IMG/VR virus record: IMGVR_UViG_3300036861_001052
Coordinates: 74,415-138,414 of that record
From: a virus
Direction: 5' to 3' (one strand)
DNA: 64,000 nucleotides
The notes under the pieces are model-generated. The model saw only the letters and a list, made by a program, of their open reading frames with translations. It ran no database searches and was not told where the DNA came from. Positions 9,008 to 18,661 of this stretch are shown one piece after another (positions within the stretch are counted from its first letter, which is position 1; every line of letters starts with the position of its first letter). Position numbers and translations under genes: made by a program.

Positions 9008-9888
9008 TGCTCGGAGATCTCGCCGACATGTACGACGAGCTCGCCGGAGCTCCGGGGATCCCGTGGGCGGGCCTCACGGCCGACGGCCACGGCATCGAGG
9101 AGAACGGCTACGACCCGACGTACATGGACTACATGCTCAAAGACGGAGCGGAGTTCTTCGGCGTCGTCGGAAGCCTCGGCCCGGACTTCGTAGCGAAGTA
9201 TCGGACGCTCCGTGAAGATGAAGGGCGCGCGAGCGTGACGCGCATCATGGCGATCATCGATCAGATGGGCACCGACGTCTGGCAGGCGGTGAAAGACGGC
9301 GACTGGGACGCCTTCGTGGCCTTGCCGCGAACGACGACCGTCGATGCGTTCGCGGCGCTTGCGGCCGCTGCCGCCAACGGCGCCTTCCTCCACTACGACG
9401 GCATCATGGAAGCGGCGATGCGGGCGAAGAAGCTCAAGCCCGCCGAGGTCGTCTCCCACGCGAACAACGTGACGAAGGTCTTTCAGACGTTCGTGGACCT
9501 CGACAAGAACGGTCACTTCGCCGACTTGAAGAAGAAGCCGCCGCCCGTGGCGGGTCTCGGCCTCGCGCCGGCTCTCATTGCGGCCATCGTCGCCATCGGC
9601 GTCGTGCTGCTCCTCGGGCTCTGCTATCTCATCTACGTCATAAAGCTCGCCGCCCCTGCGCAGCAGAAGGCGCTCGAGTGGTGCGACAAGGTTGCCAAGG
9701 AGGGATCCAAGGAAGACGCGATGGCGTGCGCAAATCTCGCCGCCAGCATGGAGCAAAAGGGAAACCCGCTCCTCGGTAACATCTTCGCCCAGGCGCTCAC
9801 TCCGATTTTCGTGGTGCTCGCCATCGGTGCGGCATTCTGGATCGCGCCGACGGTCATTCAGGGGATTCGCAAAACTCGAGCCGCGTGA
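9007..9888 (+). CDS. Membrane protein (2 TM)
   Basis: TAGTG coupling; VAGLG immediately before the first TM. Confidence 0.7.
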   Translation: MLGDLADMYDELAGAPGIPWAGLTADGHGIEENGYDPTYMDYMLKDGAEFFGVVGSLGPDFVAKYRTLREDEGRASVTRIMAIIDQMGTDVWQAVKDGDWDAFVALPRTTTVDAFAALAAAAANGAFLHYDGIMEAAMRAKKLKPAEVVSHANNVTKVFQTFVDLDKNGHFADLKKKPPPVAGLGLAPALIAAIVAIGVVLLLGLCYLIYVIKLAAPAQQKALEWCDKVAKEGSKEDAMACANLAASMEQKGNPLLGNIFAQALTPIFVVLAIGAAFWIAPTVIQGIRKTRAA

Positions 9889-10238
9889 TGTCGACGCTCA
9901 TCTACTCGAGGTGGCGTCCGGACGAAGGTGGCTACGACTACTTTCAGTCCTCGCTCCGCCAGAACATCAACGACGATCTGCCCGCGCCCGAGCTCGTGGC
10001 CTCGAAGATCGGCGTGCCGTCGATCGAGGCGGGGCGGCCCATTCCGAATGACTCGGTGCCCATCGGAAGCGGCGAGGTGGCAGTGGGCCTCGTCGCCCCG
10101 GTCGACAGCTCGCGCATCGTCCGGAGGACGCGGTCCCTTTCCGGGAGCGATCCCATGAGCGTCTACAAGAGCCCGTGGTTTTATCTCGGCGGCGCGATCG
10201 CCGTCGGCCTCATCTATATGGTCATGAAGGACAAGTGA
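9885..10238 (+). CDS. Small tail-anchored membrane protein
   Basis: Overlapping start; C-terminal TM + KDK. Confidence 0.7.
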   Translation: MMSTLIYSRWRPDEGGYDYFQSSLRQNINDDLPAPELVASKIGVPSIEAGRPIPNDSVPIGSGEVAVGLVAPVDSSRIVRRTRSLSGSDPMSVYKSPWFYLGGAIAVGLIYMVMKDK

Positions 10239-10804
10239 TGACGGTCCGGGTCATAGAAACCAAGGACGTCGCTACGAAAACGTTCGAGACGTTTTACGAT
10301 CGGCCAAGCAAGAGGGAGATCCCGCTCGAGTTCGGGTGGCCGAAGGAGCTCCAGGAGGTCGGCGTCGGCAAAGCGGAGATGTACACCTCGAACAAGTGGA
10401 AAAAGAGCCGCTCGGACTTCGAGGACTACAAGCACGTCGCCGAGGGCCTTCGCACGGTGTACGCCGAGCCCGGCTTTCTGCGAGTTGGCGCGCACCCGGC
10501 GCGCATGATGCCGGTCTACGGACCGATGGCGAGCTTCGAGGAGCCGATGCCGAAGCACTTCGCGAGGCTCGGGCCGCTTCTCGGTGTGCAGGTCAGGCTC
10601 TACGACCGGGACGACAAGGGTGAGCTCTACGTGCCGGGCGGCGACGATCGGGTCTACGAGGTCGAGATTGCGCGCGCCTGGCTCGGCTCGGCCAGGCACC
10701 CAGGCACCAAAGAGACCTTCCTCTTCGTGTACACTCCGGATGGCGTCCACATGATCCTCACGGGAGACAAGCTCTCCATCGAAAAGGACGGCATTGCCGG
10801 GTGA
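10238..10804 (+). CDS. Soluble beta-rich hypothetical protein
   Basis: TGATG coupling; typical codon usage; no TM. Confidence 0.7.
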   Translation: MTVRVIETKDVATKTFETFYDRPSKREIPLEFGWPKELQEVGVGKAEMYTSNKWKKSRSDFEDYKHVAEGLRTVYAEPGFLRVGAHPARMMPVYGPMASFEEPMPKHFARLGPLLGVQVRLYDRDDKGELYVPGGDDRVYEVEIARAWLGSARHPGTKETFLFVYTPDGVHMILTGDKLSIEKDGIAG

Positions 10805-12729
10805 CGTATTCTCTCACGGCGTCTGGCCTTTACGTCCCGGAGAGACTCCGGGGCTTGGGCGTCACTCCGCCTCCGCGGATGCCGCTCCCGCCCGACGCTG
10901 GCACTTCGAATAATCCCGCCGACCAGGCGCGCGGCTTCATCCCGCCGGAGGAAGCCGCTGCGGCCCGCAATGCCTACCCGTCGGGGCAGATGCCGTGGGT
11001 ACCGACGACGCCGACCGAGGTCGGGCCGTGGGCGAAGGAGCAGGCGAAGCTCTTCGCCTCGAAACAGATCCAGGAGGGCATCGAGCGCGGTAAGCGGATC
11101 TTCGAAGACAAGCTCTCGGGCGCGACCCCGGTCACGGTCGAGCCGTTTCCTCCCATGAAAGAGGACGAGATCGAAGCGTGGGTGAAGTTTTTCGTCCTTG
11201 CCCACGGCTACCCTACGAACGCAGCCGACGGCGTCCGGTTTGCGCGAGAGTTCGTGCTCGCAAACTGCGATCAGATCGGGCTTCCACCGGAGTTCATTGC
11301 GGCGAGCGATCTGATTCAAAACTTCCCCGACACGCCCGAAGAGGCCGTGACCTGGGCCATTAACCTCGGCTCCTCGTTCCTCGCGTCGTTCGGCGTGCCG
11401 CTCGTGGACGTGTCGGACGCCTCGAGCTTCATCTCCGCGAGCGCGCGGGCGGCCGTTGCTCAGGTCGCTCCGGGCGTGCCGTTTGACTTGTTCGAGACGA
11501 CGTTCGATGCGCTCTCGGACGGGCGCGTGACCTCGGCAGAGGCGAAGGGCATCGTCATCGGCGCCGCGGGCTTCGTCGGCGCCGTGATTGGGCAAGCGTT
11601 TGGCTTGCCAGCTCCGCTCGGCGCCCTTCTCGGTCAGCTCATCGTCGGAGGCCTGTCCGAGGCATTCGGGTGGGGACCGGACGATTCGGAAAAGCTCAAG
11701 AGCGCGCAGGACGCCGCGGCCGCCGCGGCTGCGACAGCGCACTCGCAGTGCCAAGATCTCTCCATCGCGCTCTGGCTCGAGTACCAGCACTACTGGGATG
11801 CGATCGCAAAGACTCTCGATGCCACCATTCGCCAGAACCAGTCCTGGCTCACGCCAGAAGGCTCCTGCCTCCGAACGAACGGCATCCGCCTCTTCGGCTC
11901 GACGACGCTCGACATCATCCGTGACGGCGCTGGCATGCCCCTCATCACGAACCCCGCCGAAGTGAAGAAGGGCGCGCGGCCGAAGTACCGGACCTATCCT
12001 GTCAAGATGACGAGGTCGTGCGGCGATGCGCGCGGCTGCCCGTACCTCTCCATGCCGATGGAGAAAATGCTCAGTCGGGATAAGTGGCCGCTCGCTCCTG
12101 ACGATCTCCGCCGTGTGCCGTCGATCTCCGCCGGCTCGGCGGGATGCGACGCCACGGGCGCGCTCCTCTTCTGGGGAGCTCGCCGGTACGTTAATCCCAT
12201 GCATGTCTTTTACGCCATGCAAGGGAAAGCCAATCAGTGGGTCGAGCCCGACACGTACCGAGCGACCGAGCTCTCGAGCCGGAACGTCCGCCGCTGGGAA
12301 GAAATCGTGCACTCGGACTACGACTACCTCTCGTCGGTCGTCGGCTACGTCGGCACGATCAACTTCGGCACGGCCGTGAGCGAGTGTCCGGCGCCGGCGT
12401 GGGCGGCGTTCATGTTCAAGTCGCTGGAGCAAGCGGCGGCAGCGGTTGCGCTCGTGCAGCGGGATCTCGCGCGCACGGTCTCCGCGGCGACGACCGAGTA
12501 CGGAATCAAGTACCACATGGAGCAGGCGGCCCAGGTAAACTGGGAAGTCGCGACCACAACGCAAAAGCGCCAAGCCGCGCGCCAGGTTGCCGCGCAGGCA
12601 GCGGGTCTCCGGCACGCGGTCGTGGAAGCGAAGCGGCGCGGTCGCGAAAAGTCCGACCTCTTGAATTACGGCCTCCTCGCTGCGGGCGGCGCGGCCGTCT
12701 TCGGGCTAGCTCTCGGGAGCAAGCGATGA
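10801..12729 (+). CDS. Large membrane protein (642 aa)
   Basis: LRGLG near the N-terminus, internal hydrophobic hairpin, several Cys, C-terminal TM + KR. Confidence 0.75.
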   Translation: MTYSLTASGLYVPERLRGLGVTPPPRMPLPPDAGTSNNPADQARGFIPPEEAAAARNAYPSGQMPWVPTTPTEVGPWAKEQAKLFASKQIQEGIERGKRIFEDKLSGATPVTVEPFPPMKEDEIEAWVKFFVLAHGYPTNAADGVRFAREFVLANCDQIGLPPEFIAASDLIQNFPDTPEEAVTWAINLGSSFLASFGVPLVDVSDASSFISASARAAVAQVAPGVPFDLFETTFDALSDGRVTSAEAKGIVIGAAGFVGAVIGQAFGLPAPLGALLGQLIVGGLSEAFGWGPDDSEKLKSAQDAAAAAAATAHSQCQDLSIALWLEYQHYWDAIAKTLDATIRQNQSWLTPEGSCLRTNGIRLFGSTTLDIIRDGAGMPLITNPAEVKKGARPKYRTYPVKMTRSCGDARGCPYLSMPMEKMLSRDKWPLAPDDLRRVPSISAGSAGCDATGALLFWGARRYVNPMHVFYAMQGKANQWVEPDTYRATELSSRNVRRWEEIVHSDYDYLSSVVGYVGTINFGTAVSECPAPAWAAFMFKSLEQAAAAVALVQRDLARTVSAATTEYGIKYHMEQAAQVNWEVATTTQKRQAARQVAAQAAGLRHAVVEAKRRGREKSDLLNYGLLAAGGAAVFGLALGSKR

Positions 12730-12875
12730 CCGACGCCGACGTGAAGAAGGCCCTCCTGGCGATCGCCGCCGAGCTCAAGCGCCAGGAGCACGCGGAGATC
12801 CGCCTCGGCATCATCGGTCTCATCGGACTCGGTCTCATCGGAACCGCTGGCTACTTCCTCTGGAGGAAGCGGTGA
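12726..12875 (+). CDS. Tiny tail-anchored protein (49 aa)
   Basis: ATGA coupling; TM + RKR. Confidence 0.6.
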   Translation: MTDADVKKALLAIAAELKRQEHAEIRLGIIGLIGLGLIGTAGYFLWRKR

Positions 12876-13921
12876 CCTACAGCGGGCTAGGATTCGGCTT
12901 CTTCACGGAGCCGTGCGGCATCAACGTGGAAGGCACGGATCATTTCGTGGCCGGCCCGACCTATCAGGCGCTCGAGACCGTGGCGCAGGACACCGTCACC
13001 GTGCTCCTTTCGGGGCACGGCAACGTGCAGCTCTGCGGAAATCTCCTCCCCTACGTGGCTCCGGCTCCAGGAGTAGCGGCCGTCTTCGGGGCGCACGAGC
13101 AAACGGCGCGGCTGATTGCAGCGACCGTGCTCGCTTCGCTCATGGAGCAAGAGAGGAGGAAGGCCCACGGGACTCGAGCCTCGACCCGCATGCTCGCCGA
13201 GAGGCTCGTCCCGGAGATCGTGCAGACGCTGACGCACAACGGAGACCCCGCGGCCTGTCAGATCGAGTTCGAGGCGTCGTTTCGGAACTGGTCGGGCCTC
13301 TCGGCGCTGAAAGTGCCGACGACGGTCTCGAAGACCGGCTGGTGCGAGAAGAGCCTCGCTCTGCCGTGGGATAGTGCCGGCCACATCCGGTCGTGCGAGG
13401 CGCAAGCGATCTGCAAATCTGTCATCGGCGCGGGCGGGGCGATCCAGTACGTCACGAGCCCTCCGCCGGCTCCGACCGATCCGCGCGTGGCCGCGAGCGC
13501 GCCCGGGACGACGCCGTCGCCGCCTCCGACGAAAGCGGAGATCGAGGCGGAAGTCCGCCGGAAGATGGTGGCGAGCGGAGAGACCGTAGCGGACCGAGAG
13601 AACAAGCAGGAGTTCACAGAGCTCGCGGCGTACTTGAAGGCGCTCGGAGAGGCGCGGCGCTACCTCACGATGGCGCTCGGGATCCCGGACAAGTCGACCG
13701 ACGCGGCCGTAGCCGCGGCGCTCGGTCACGAGGGGATCGCCACGGCAGAGGTGCTCGACTGGTTTTTGGGCTGTAACTTCGAGCCCGGCTGCTTTCGCGA
13801 GCAGATGAATCTCTCGCTCGGCGAGGCGAGGCGCTACTCGAGAGACACGCGCGCGAAGATCGCTGTCGCCGTGGGAGGAGTCCTCGCCGTGGGATTTCTC
13901 CTCTTTAGGTGGAGACGCTGA
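12872..13921 (+). CDS. Tail-anchored Cys-containing membrane protein
   Basis: Starts MTYSGLG; C-terminal TM + RWRR. Confidence 0.7.
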   Translation: MTYSGLGFGFFTEPCGINVEGTDHFVAGPTYQALETVAQDTVTVLLSGHGNVQLCGNLLPYVAPAPGVAAVFGAHEQTARLIAATVLASLMEQERRKAHGTRASTRMLAERLVPEIVQTLTHNGDPAACQIEFEASFRNWSGLSALKVPTTVSKTGWCEKSLALPWDSAGHIRSCEAQAICKSVIGAGGAIQYVTSPPPAPTDPRVAASAPGTTPSPPPTKAEIEAEVRRKMVASGETVADRENKQEFTELAAYLKALGEARRYLTMALGIPDKSTDAAVAAALGHEGIATAEVLDWFLGCNFEPGCFREQMNLSLGEARRYSRDTRAKIAVAVGGVLAVGFLLFRWRR

Positions 13922-14280
13922 TGCCGCCGCCACCACTCTTGAAGGCGCCGAGCTGGGAGCAGGGGCGCCCCGCGCGAAACCTCGCGTACGTTGCCGTGCT
14001 TTTACAGGAAGCACACATCGACCCGAAGAAGATCCCGAAAGGTCAGGTCATCTTTGCGCTGGCAACGCCGTACGAGCAGCGCGGCGTGACGGGCAGAGAC
14101 ATCGAGCGCTGGGCGCTCGAATGCGATCCGGCTAAAAAGCCCGCCTGGGATCCGGTCGAGTGCTTCCGAAAGAAGGCCCGGGCGGCGATGGCGCCACGGC
14201 CAGGGCTCGGCACCAAGGTCGCGCTCATCGCCGGAGCCTCGTTTGTGGCGGCTTTTGGCCTTGCGCGCTGGCTCCGGTAG
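13921..14280 (+). CDS. Small tail-anchored protein, resembling the C-terminal module of the upstream gene
   Basis: W.L.C...P..CFR motif shared with 12872..13921; TM + RWLR. Confidence 0.65.
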   Translation: MPPPPLLKAPSWEQGRPARNLAYVAVLLQEAHIDPKKIPKGQVIFALATPYEQRGVTGRDIERWALECDPAKKPAWDPVECFRKKARAAMAPRPGLGTKVALIAGASFVAAFGLARWLR

Positions 14281-14296
14281 CCCTTCCGGCCCGAGG

Positions 14297-14337
14297 GAAA
14301 CGCCGGTGTTGACGGCGTTTCGGGCAGAGGCTAGTCT
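14297..14337 (+). promoter_or_regulatory. Sigma70-like promoter with a palindrome over the -35 box
   Basis: TTGACG (14309)-17 nt-TAGTCT (14332); inverted repeat GAAACGCCG/CGGCGTTTC at 14297-14321. Confidence 0.6.
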
Positions 14338-14401
14338 CAGTTCTTAGTTAGCGGGCGCCTTCCCGACGCCTCGCGACCCCTAGTGGTTTGCGAGAAGAGT
14401 C

Positions 14402-16858
14402 GTGAGAGGCAAGCACAAAGCGTACGGTCGAGCGTTTCCAATCCGGGAAGCGGACGTCGGCTCGTACAAGGTAGCGCGTCACCGTCCCTATCGAGCGAAT
14501 CCGATGGGCGTGACGACGCTGTCGAGCGTCAACGGCCCGGGCGCGTATTCCGCGCGTGCGGCCTCGAGTGGGCTTTCCCGCGCCGAGCGTCTGCGGCGCG
14601 CGCGCCGGCTCATGGAGAACCGAAGCATGCAAGGACACAAGGTGCACAGGGCCAAGTTCGTACGGCGCATGAAGGCAAACAGCGGTCGGATGACCTCGAA
14701 CGCTGCCCGACGCCGCGCGGGCAAACGCCTCGCTGCGTTTCAGGCAGCTCGGCGTCGTGGGCTTTCGAAGGAAGCGGCGATGCGGAGCGCGTCCCGGAAG
14801 TTTCCGAAGAGTCGCCGGCGTGGCTACCGCCGAAACGAGGGACCGGCTCAGGTCGCTTCCCCCGCCTACCGGTCGGGCCACGAGCGGATCTACGGGAAAA
14901 AGGCTCAGCGAAGGCGCGCCGCCGCGGCAAAGCGGAAAGCGCATCGCGCCGAGGTCGCCGCGCGTAAGCGCGCTCGTAAGGCTGCCGCTCGCGCGAAGAA
15001 GCGCGCAGCGATGACGCCGGAAAAGCGCGCTTCGCTCCGAAAGCGCCGCCGCAGGGCGAGCTTTCCTAAGCAGTACAAGAAGGTGCGGGGCCGAAGGGGC
15101 AAGATGCACCGAGTGCGAGTGGCGTACGGACCGTACCGCCGCGCGCGCCTTTCCGATCCGAGGTCAGGCCGAAAGCGCCTCTCCTACACCTATCGAGGCA
15201 AACGCGGCAAACGCCGCAAGATTCCGCAGTGGGCCGTTGCCGGAGCAGTCAGTGCGCGCGACTACAAGACGTCGAGCGTGTACGGGCGCGCCCGGGAGCG
15301 GATCGCACGGCGTCGTAAACGTGCTGCCGCTCGCGTAGAGCGCAGCGGAGATGCGTTCGTTCCGAACGCGGGAGCAAGAAAAGTGGCAAGACGAAGAAAG
15401 CGAAAAGGGCACAAGCGTTCCCGCCGGGGACGTCGCAAGGTGAAACGGACGCGCGGTCGCGCGCGGCGCCGATCGGCGGGTCACACCGTCCGCAGGCGCA
15501 AGAGGCGCAAGTCAGCGAGCCGCCGGACAGCCCGGAAGCACCGTGCGAGCCCGCATCGCCGGAAGAAGCGTCGTGCGCACGCGAAGAGGCGTTCCACGCG
15601 CCGCCGGTCCAAGCGCCGGTCGCACCCGCGTCGGATCGGTCGCCGCAAGGTGAGGCGCCTGAGAAAAGGCATCTACCTGGTCGCGAACCGCCGTCGCCGT
15701 CGCTCGCGCCGCCGCTACGAGGAAAACCGCAGGGTCCGCCGGCATCGTCGTCGGAAGCTCGCGGCAAATCCGCGTCGCAGGCGTCGCTCGCGGCGTCACG
15801 TCGCAAACCGCAGGCGCCGAACGCATCGGCGTCGGAGCTACCGTCGTAACCGGAGCTACCGCCGTAACGGCTTCATGGGCGACTTGAAGACGCTCGCGAA
15901 GATGGGCTTCCTGGTCCTCGGCGGCTTCTTCCTCCACAAGGGGATCACGGGCGGAATCATTCGGGCGCTGACGTCTACGGACGCCTCGACCGGAGCGATG
16001 ACGTTCGCCTCGCTGCCGATGATCGGAGCCGACGGCAAACCGACGGTTCTCGCGACTTGGCAGAAGCCGCTCGTCGGAGGCCTGTTCGGCGGTCTCGGCA
16101 TCTTCGGGATCTCCAAGCTCCCGATGAAGTCGGACACCCGGAATGCGCTGTCAGCGGGCGTGGTGACGTCGTTCCTTCAGAGCCTCGTCCACACGATCCT
16201 GACTGTCGCAAACCAGCCGGAGGTCCTCTCCTATCTCGAGGGTTACCAGAACAGCGCAGCGTACTCGCTCCGCGGTACCCGAGGGAAACGGCGCCGTCAC
16301 CCGATGCGAGGCCTCGGCGTCGCACGGAACGCGACGTCGATCATGCCGCACTACGCACCTGTCGGACAGTTCCAGCAGGCCGCAGCCGGCATGGGCGAGT
16401 ACTTCGCGGCTCAGAGCGGCATGGGTGAGTACTTCGCGGGTCCCGGCGTCGAAGGCGTCGGTCACTACGAGAAGGCTGGCCCCTTGGCGCTTCAGCCCTC
16501 GACGAGCCGGATGGGTAACCTTCCGATCGACGACGGCATTCGCCCCGACTCGAACCTCGACCACGTGATGGATCTCGCGGAAAGCGCGGCCGGTCTCGGC
16601 CAAGGTTTCCGTCAGGCCGCCGCGGGAGTCGGGGCGGGCCCGGGTTACCGGCAGGCAGCTGCCGGTATGGGCGAGTACTTCTCGGCTGCCCCGCAAGACG
16701 GCGGCTACAAGGAGTTCTCGGTCCCGACGCAGTCGCAGTGGATCCCCTCGGGGCCCCTCTGGGCCGGCACGATGAGTGCCGACGCTGCGTACACGGAGAG
16801 CGAGCTCCCGGCTGGGATCCTCCAGGGTCCTGGCGGAAACGGAGTGCTCTCGGGCTGA
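14402..16858 (+). CDS. Arg/Lys-rich protamine-like core polyprotein with membrane segments and GMGEYF repeats
   Basis: About 490 aa of extremely basic N-terminus, three hydrophobic segments, C-terminal QAAAGxG and GEYF repeats; lies directly upstream of the capsid candidate. Confidence 0.75.
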   Translation: MRGKHKAYGRAFPIREADVGSYKVARHRPYRANPMGVTTLSSVNGPGAYSARAASSGLSRAERLRRARRLMENRSMQGHKVHRAKFVRRMKANSGRMTSNAARRRAGKRLAAFQAARRRGLSKEAAMRSASRKFPKSRRRGYRRNEGPAQVASPAYRSGHERIYGKKAQRRRAAAAKRKAHRAEVAARKRARKAAARAKKRAAMTPEKRASLRKRRRRASFPKQYKKVRGRRGKMHRVRVAYGPYRRARLSDPRSGRKRLSYTYRGKRGKRRKIPQWAVAGAVSARDYKTSSVYGRARERIARRRKRAAARVERSGDAFVPNAGARKVARRRKRKGHKRSRRGRRKVKRTRGRARRRSAGHTVRRRKRRKSASRRTARKHRASPHRRKKRRAHAKRRSTRRRSKRRSHPRRIGRRKVRRLRKGIYLVANRRRRRSRRRYEENRRVRRHRRRKLAANPRRRRRSRRHVANRRRRTHRRRSYRRNRSYRRNGFMGDLKTLAKMGFLVLGGFFLHKGITGGIIRALTSTDASTGAMTFASLPMIGADGKPTVLATWQKPLVGGLFGGLGIFGISKLPMKSDTRNALSAGVVTSFLQSLVHTILTVANQPEVLSYLEGYQNSAAYSLRGTRGKRRRHPMRGLGVARNATSIMPHYAPVGQFQQAAAGMGEYFAAQSGMGEYFAGPGVEGVGHYEKAGPLALQPSTSRMGNLPIDDGIRPDSNLDHVMDLAESAAGLGQGFRQAAAGVGAGPGYRQAAAGMGEYFSAAPQDGGYKEFSVPTQSQWIPSGPLWAGTMSADAAYTESELPAGILQGPGGNGVLSG

Positions 16859-16874
16859 GCTGTAGCGCTTAACA

Positions 16875-16967
16875 CCGCCGGCCCCGGTAGGACGAGCGCG
16901 CCTCACCGCTCTCGAGCCCCGGGGCAGCGGTGTCAGAACCGACCGGCGGAAAAGCCCCGAAAGGGGC
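16875..16967 (+). other. Structured intergenic RNA or leader upstream of the capsid gene
   Basis: Nested stems CCGCCGG/CCGGCGG and CACCGCT/AGCGGTG, plus GCCCC-GAAA-GGGGC. Confidence 0.45.
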
Positions 16968-17033
16968 CGGGACGACACCCGACCAAAACGGATCTTCCGG
17001 TCACCCACCCGTTTCCAAAGGAAACATACCAAC

Positions 17034-18614
17034 ATGGCAAAACTGACGAACGTCAGAGAGCGTGTGCATCACGCGGACGTTCGGTGAAAGCGAAAGCTGG
17101 TGCCCCTCGGCGGTAACGCCGGGGTGATAACTGGGTGAATCAAACCGTTTCGTGATGAGAATGAGAACTTCAGACACAGACATCGCCTGGCTTGCTGGAA
17201 TCGTGGACGGCGAGGGCTGCTTCTCCGTGAAGCGTCCCATCGTTCGCAAGACCTACAAGAAGGGGCGAGTGACGAGCTACCAAGTGTGGCTGGTCGTCTG
17301 TAATACGTCCGAGCCGATGGTACGTCGGGTCACGGAGATCTTCGGATCTCTCGGGATCGGGCACCAGCCGGTGAGGCGCGTCTGGAAGGGAAAGAAGGCA
17401 ACTCGGTGGCAGTACTGGGTGCACGTCGCGCGAAAGCACGAGCTCTTGCGTCTGACGGAACTCCTCCTGCCTTTCCTCGTGGCCAAAAAAGACGAGGCCG
17501 AGATCGTGCGCTGGTTCCTATCGAGGGCTTGCAGCACGAGGCAATACGTTCCCACTCTTCTCGATCGTACCGCGCTCGAAGCGATGGCCACGATCAAGCG
17601 ACACGGCGGGGAAGCCCCTGCTGAGGTGCGAGAGCTCCTTCGCGAGGTAATCCCGAGCCAAGCCGTTTCTGGGATCCGTGCGGCCCACGGATTGGAGACG
17701 GAAGGCGTAGAGACTAGGTCGGTGACTCCCAAGAATAACCCGACCCACGAGTGCCCGGCGCCCCTCCACTTGGTGGGGTGATGAGATAGCCCGACACTCC
17801 GGGAAACCGGAGAGCCCGCATAAACAGCGGGCATGACAGAAGCAAGCAGCCGTTTTACGACACGCTCATCCGAACCTCCGGTCTCGGCGGTTCCATCCCC
17901 AAGGTGAATCAGCGGACCTCGCTGTTCACGAACCAGGCTCGCCAGGACGACATCAACGCCCTGACGAACCTGCCGAACGGTTCGACGCTCCCGTCCGACC
18001 AGAGCCACGTGACGCTCGCGCTTCGCGTGTTCATCTGGTTCCGCAATCCGCAGATCCGCGCAAGCGGCTTTGCGAACGGTGCGATCAAGAACAACGGCGA
18101 CTTCTCCCAAGCGGGAGCGGCGGCGTTCTTCTCGCAAGGCGGAGTCGACCCGAACGGCGCGACCGCGGGCCCCGGCGCCTTCAACTACCCGGGCTCGATC
18201 GAGGACGTCTACCGCCTGTACTGGCAGTCGGAAGAGCAGCTTCACTGGAGCTACGGCACCGGTGACAAGTTCTCGATCACGAACATGCCGACGAAGTACT
18301 TCCCGGACGGCGGTGGCCTCTGGGGTGACCTCGGTGGCTCTTCGGATCTCATCCACTTCAACAACGGCACGCCGGACCACACGGCAATTCTCCGGCTCGC
18401 GCGCGCGATCCTTCTGCCTCCCCGGCAGAACATCAAGTGCGCCGCCGAGATCGTGCCCTTGCCCGACGGTGGAAACGCCCAGATCGCTGGATCGACCGTG
18501 ACCGGCAACGGCCGGAACATGCTGTCGCTCCAGGACAACCTGAACGCGACCGACGGGATCAACAAGGTGATTCAGTTCACCTTCGACGGTCTCTTCGCCC
18601 GCGACGTTCAGTAG
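17034..18614 (+). CDS. Intron-split candidate major capsid protein (exons 17034-17069 and 17847-18614; 267 aa spliced)
   Basis: SD-like AAGGA then MAKLTNVRERVH joins in frame to QPFYDTLIRTSG...VNQRTSLF. The product is beta-rich and soluble. Capsid identity is inferred from context. Confidence 0.6.
17070..17846 (+). ncRNA. Group I self-splicing intron
   Basis: 5' exon ends in U and intron ends in G. Q-like GGTAATCCCGAGCCAAGC (17646), R-like GTAGAGACTA (17707), S-like GATAGCCC (17785), P9 CTCCGG-GAAA-CCGGAG (17797). Confidence 0.85.
17152..17781 (+). CDS. Intron-encoded single-motif LAGLIDADG homing endonuclease
   Basis: AWLAGIVDGEGCF motif, and LLPFLVAKK near the end; the 3' end overlaps intron core elements. 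Confidence 0.85.
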   Translation: MMRMRTSDTDIAWLAGIVDGEGCFSVKRPIVRKTYKKGRVTSYQVWLVVCNTSEPMVRRVTEIFGSLGIGHQPVRRVWKGKKATRWQYWVHVARKHELLRLTELLLPFLVAKKDEAEIVRWFLSRACSTRQYVPTLLDRTALEAMATIKRHGGEAPAEVRELLREVIPSQAVSGIRAAHGLETEGVETRSVTPKNNPTHECPAPLHLVG

Positions 18615-18661
18615 CTTCGAACGCAGGTTGATCGCGCGCCTGAGCCAAGCGCGGTACGGCA

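Noticed and set aside
10654-12615. Long antisense or alternative-frame ORFs (also 27838-30147, 17277-18662, 42885-44534, 54695-55885)
   Set aside because: These are shadow ORFs expected at high GC; they are Arg/Ala/Pro-rich without motifs and overlap better-supported genes.
12800-12860. GLG occurrences inside transmembrane helices as processing motifs
   Set aside because: Gly-Leu-Gly is expected in Gly-rich TM segments; only copies outside the membrane segments were counted.
14402-15880. Arg-rich region as a shadow-frame artefact
   Set aside because: It is Lys/His/Tyr-rich with a regular Asn motif, in frame with a normal C-terminal half, has its own promoter, and no better ORF covers the region.
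17152-17781. LAGLIDADG gene as an intein or part of a group II intron
   Set aside because: It has its own stop codon, no intein C/S...HN ends and no reverse transcriptase; group I core motifs are present.
17904-18614. ORF-track start at GTG 17904 for a stand-alone 236-aa protein
   Set aside because: The frame continues upstream to the intron 3' splice site and joins the exon at 17034, which has an SD-like site.
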